Assembly: GCA_963733675.1 (NCBI GenBank)
Contig: CAVTET010000004.1
Location: 96,001-160,000, forward strand
Length of the DNA stretch: 64,000 bases
Direction: 5' to 3'
From: an uncultured Methanosarcinaceae archaeon
Lineage (GTDB): Archaea > Halobacteriota > Methanosarcinia > Methanosarcinales > Methanosarcinaceae
The position numbers and the translations under genes are program-made. Numbering within the stretch: the first letter of the stretch is position 1; every line of letters starts with the position of its first letter. Below are positions 61,546 to 64,000 of the stretch, one piece after another. The notes beneath the pieces were generated by a model. It was not told the origin of the DNA. It made no database searches and was given only the letters and a program-made list of their open reading frames with translations.

Positions 61546-62250
61546 ATGAAAATCCATTACATTCAGCATGTTGAATTTGAAACTCTTGGAACTATCGCTC
61601 AATGGAGCGAAAAAAAGGGGCACTCTTTATCGAGTACACATTTATACGCAGATGAGAGCTTTCCCAGTATGGATAACTTCGATCTTCTCATAATTATGGG
61701 TGGACCGATGAATATTTATGAGTATGAAAAATATCCATGGCTGATTGAAGAAAAAAAGTTTATCGAAGAAACTATCTATGTAGGAAAAGCATTACTCGGG
61801 ATCTGCCTGGGAGCTCAGCTTGTTGCTGATGTCCTAAAAGCTGAGGTATTTAAAAACAATTATACGGAAATTGGATGGTTTCCAGTGTTTACACTCAAAC
61901 AAGCAAGATCCAAGATTTCCTTTTTGGAAAATATTCCTGAAAAAATCATTGCTTTTCACTGGCATGGAGACACTTTTAATTTGCCTGAAGATGCAAAGAG
62001 ACTTTTTTTAAGTGAAGCCTGTGAAAATCAAGGGTTTATTTATAATGATAGAGTAATTGGGCTCCAATTTCATCTTGAAATGAGCAACGAAACAATCAGA
62101 AACGCGATTGAAAATTGCAGTGATGAACTGGTAGATGGAAAATATATCCAGAAAGAAAAAGAAATGCTAAGTAAAGATACACTTCTTGCTGATTCAAGGT
62201 TATTAATGTTCAAATTACTAGATAATTTAGAAAAAATGATTGGATCTTAA
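61546..62250 (+). CDS. type 1 glutamine amidotransferase
   Basis: IMGGPM, GICLGAQL, FHWHGD, QFHLE. Confidence 0.93.
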   Translation: MKIHYIQHVEFETLGTIAQWSEKKGHSLSSTHLYADESFPSMDNFDLLIIMGGPMNIYEYEKYPWLIEEKKFIEETIYVGKALLGICLGAQLVADVLKAEVFKNNYTEIGWFPVFTLKQARSKISFLENIPEKIIAFHWHGDTFNLPEDAKRLFLSEACENQGFIYNDRVIGLQFHLEMSNETIRNAIENCSDELVDGKYIQKEKEMLSKDTLLADSRLLMFKLLDNLEKMIGS

Positions 62251-62349
62251 AAAGGAACTCAGTATTTGGCTTTGGAGATAAAATTTAATAAAAATTATTT
62301 TTAGATATACAAAGTGGGAATTCGATAAAATGTAGAGGAAAGGTGTTCT

Positions 62350-62886
62350 TTGATGGATCAGGTTCGCTATACTCAGAGAAATTGCACAGATCGGAAGAAA
62401 ATCGAAAGCTTTCTTTTGCGGGTAAGAACCGGCGTGCTTGGAATGACAAGTGATATTTTTCCATACGCTATTCCGGTGAATTATGTATGGTACAACGGTT
62501 CTGTTTACTTTCATGGCATGGGTTCGGGCAAAAAGGAAAATATTCTTTCTCAGAATCCGTTCGTTTGTTTCACGATATATGAGGAATATGGTACTGTGAC
62601 CGATCCGATGCCTTGCCACGCAGATACGGCATACATGAGCGTAATGCTTTTTGGAAAGGCTGAAAAGGTGACTGATCCTGAGGAGGCTAGCGAGACTCTC
62701 CAAAAATTGGTTGAGAAATATATGCCAAAGTACTACAGTAATCCTTTAACTAGCACTTTGATTGAGAAATATCGCTCTTCACTTGATGGGAATGCAGTTT
62801 CAGTTTTTCGGATAACGCCACAGGAAATGACAGCTAAAGAAAACTCAGTGGGATCCGATAAACTGTTGAACATAGAAACGCGGTAA
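62350..62886 (+). CDS. pyridoxamine 5'-phosphate oxidase family (NimA-like) flavin-binding protein
   Basis: PYAIPVNY...VYFHG..GKK...NPFVCF, YMSVMLFG. Confidence 0.9.
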   Translation: MMDQVRYTQRNCTDRKKIESFLLRVRTGVLGMTSDIFPYAIPVNYVWYNGSVYFHGMGSGKKENILSQNPFVCFTIYEEYGTVTDPMPCHADTAYMSVMLFGKAEKVTDPEEASETLQKLVEKYMPKYYSNPLTSTLIEKYRSSLDGNAVSVFRITPQEMTAKENSVGSDKLLNIETR

Positions 62887-63453
62887 CCGTATGCTGTAGT
62901 TACATGAAACAAAGTCGCTTTAGAAAAATGTTCATCCAACGCACCTTTTTATTGTATACTCGACATTAGCAACAACTGATAGTGAAAGCTGTTCTAGGTT
63001 TGTTGGCAGGACTGTTTGAAACAGTACTAGTGATGACTGTTGGATGAAATATGATAGAAGACAAAAGGTACTTTTCATGACCGATAAACATAACAGACGT
63101 GGAAAGTCTAAAATGAAAGAACGAGTTTTTTAATCACTTTTTATGTGTTCTGTCTTAAAACACAGTTTTTATCAATTAACCAGCGAATAGTTGGCTTCCA
63201 ATAAATTGTTTCTATTAAACCGTAAATCTCGGTAACGTCGTAAAAATTATGGCTTTATTCCTTTCGGCCTTGAACTCCGGTCTTGTAAGACAGGCATATT
63301 CGCCAAATATATCAGGCAAACACCCTAGCTCATGTATACATTCGTTTTTCGGCTTAATATAAATATAGTTCCAACGATAATTGCTAAAAGCAAAGGTATA
63401 AAACCGTCTAATCAATATTCTGCATTCAAAACCATAAATTCGACATTATAATA

Positions 63454-64000
63454 TCAGCAGTAACATTCGTCACAAGTATTATGGCAATCCTTAGTGACAA
63501 AATCATCAATTCTGAAAGAGCATTCTGAAATTTTGTATTCCGCATCCGACTTTTCACTTTTTCGTTTGCTGAAGCAAACACATCCGTCGAAAAAACTGAT
63601 CTTCATTGGTACAACTGCCAGCTTGTCGTCAAAATAATAGCTTCTCTTAAATGACGGTTTATGGACTATTTCTTTGCCGTCACGACAAAATACTGTTAGC
63701 TTCACCATGGAAGTTATAAGAGATTTCACGCTTCCATTTTCTGAGAAAACAAGAGAATTGCTTTCACCGTCAATGCCTAGAGCGTCAGGGTCAAAAGCAA
63801 GTACCTTGCCTATTGGCGTATTAACGTTCAAAGCGCTATAAGGCTCGACTGATTTTATTTTCCCATCCGGGTACAGGCAGACCCCAATCCGTGTCTGAAT
63901 TTCTCCTGCATGCGTTTTAATAAGAATTGTATCTTTAGGCCATAATGTAATGCTTTTAAGTTCTCCGGTTTCATATAGTGTTATGTTTATAACCTTACCT
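63454..64000 (-). CDS. conserved hypothetical beta-repeat protein (5' end outside window)
   Basis: The frame is open to the window edge: YETGELKSITLWP..TRIGVCLYPDGKIKSVEP..TPIG..AFDPDALGIDGESNSLVF; Cys-rich C-terminus. Confidence 0.75.
   Translation of the reverse strand, partial: GKVINITLYETGELKSITLWPKDTILIKTHAGEIQTRIGVCLYPDGKIKSVEPYSALNVNTPIGKVLAFDPDALGIDGESNSLVFSENGSVKSLITSMVKLTVFCRDGKEIVHKPSFKRSYYFDDKLAVVPMKISFFDGCVCFSKRKSEKSDAEYKISECSFRIDDFVTKDCHNTCDECYC

Noticed and set aside
63215-63415. 66-aa ORF
   Set aside because: No RBS or recognisable motif.

Overview
AT-rich archaeal chromosome segment, most consistent with Methanosarcina (bacterial-type groES-groEL, MEDS/PocR/PAS histidine kinase, IS5/IS6/IS200-605 debris). 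Largely intact genes: a YgiQ radical SAM protein, an MBL hydrolase, leuA, DUF429, groES/groEL with a divergent wHTH regulator, an acyltransferase-3, ywbE, lemA-htpX, a phosphoribosyltransferase, hsp20, flavoredoxin, two TPR proteins, mscL, dinB, modA, a GATase and a PNPOx-family protein. Many accessory genes are pseudogenised: bfr, hsp20, rhodanese, DUF4139, kdpA, the kinase, DUF1330, a sulfite reductase-like gene, chaB, VWA, a second dinB and nifH/nifI/nifX relics. Less obvious structures: (1) a dispersed family of small secreted low-complexity proteins sharing one signal peptide, two members ending in a C-x14-C Trp-rich hairpin motif; (2) chaB bracketed by two inverted IS6-type MITEs; (3) a collapsed nitrogenase operon; (4) the sensor kinase bounded by TA-flanked inverted repeats; (5) an IS605 element split by about 2.7 kb of cargo; (6) two neighbouring genes with no canonical start codon. 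No CRISPR array, rRNA or tRNA was recognised. All family assignments come from manual translation and motif recognition, not database searches.
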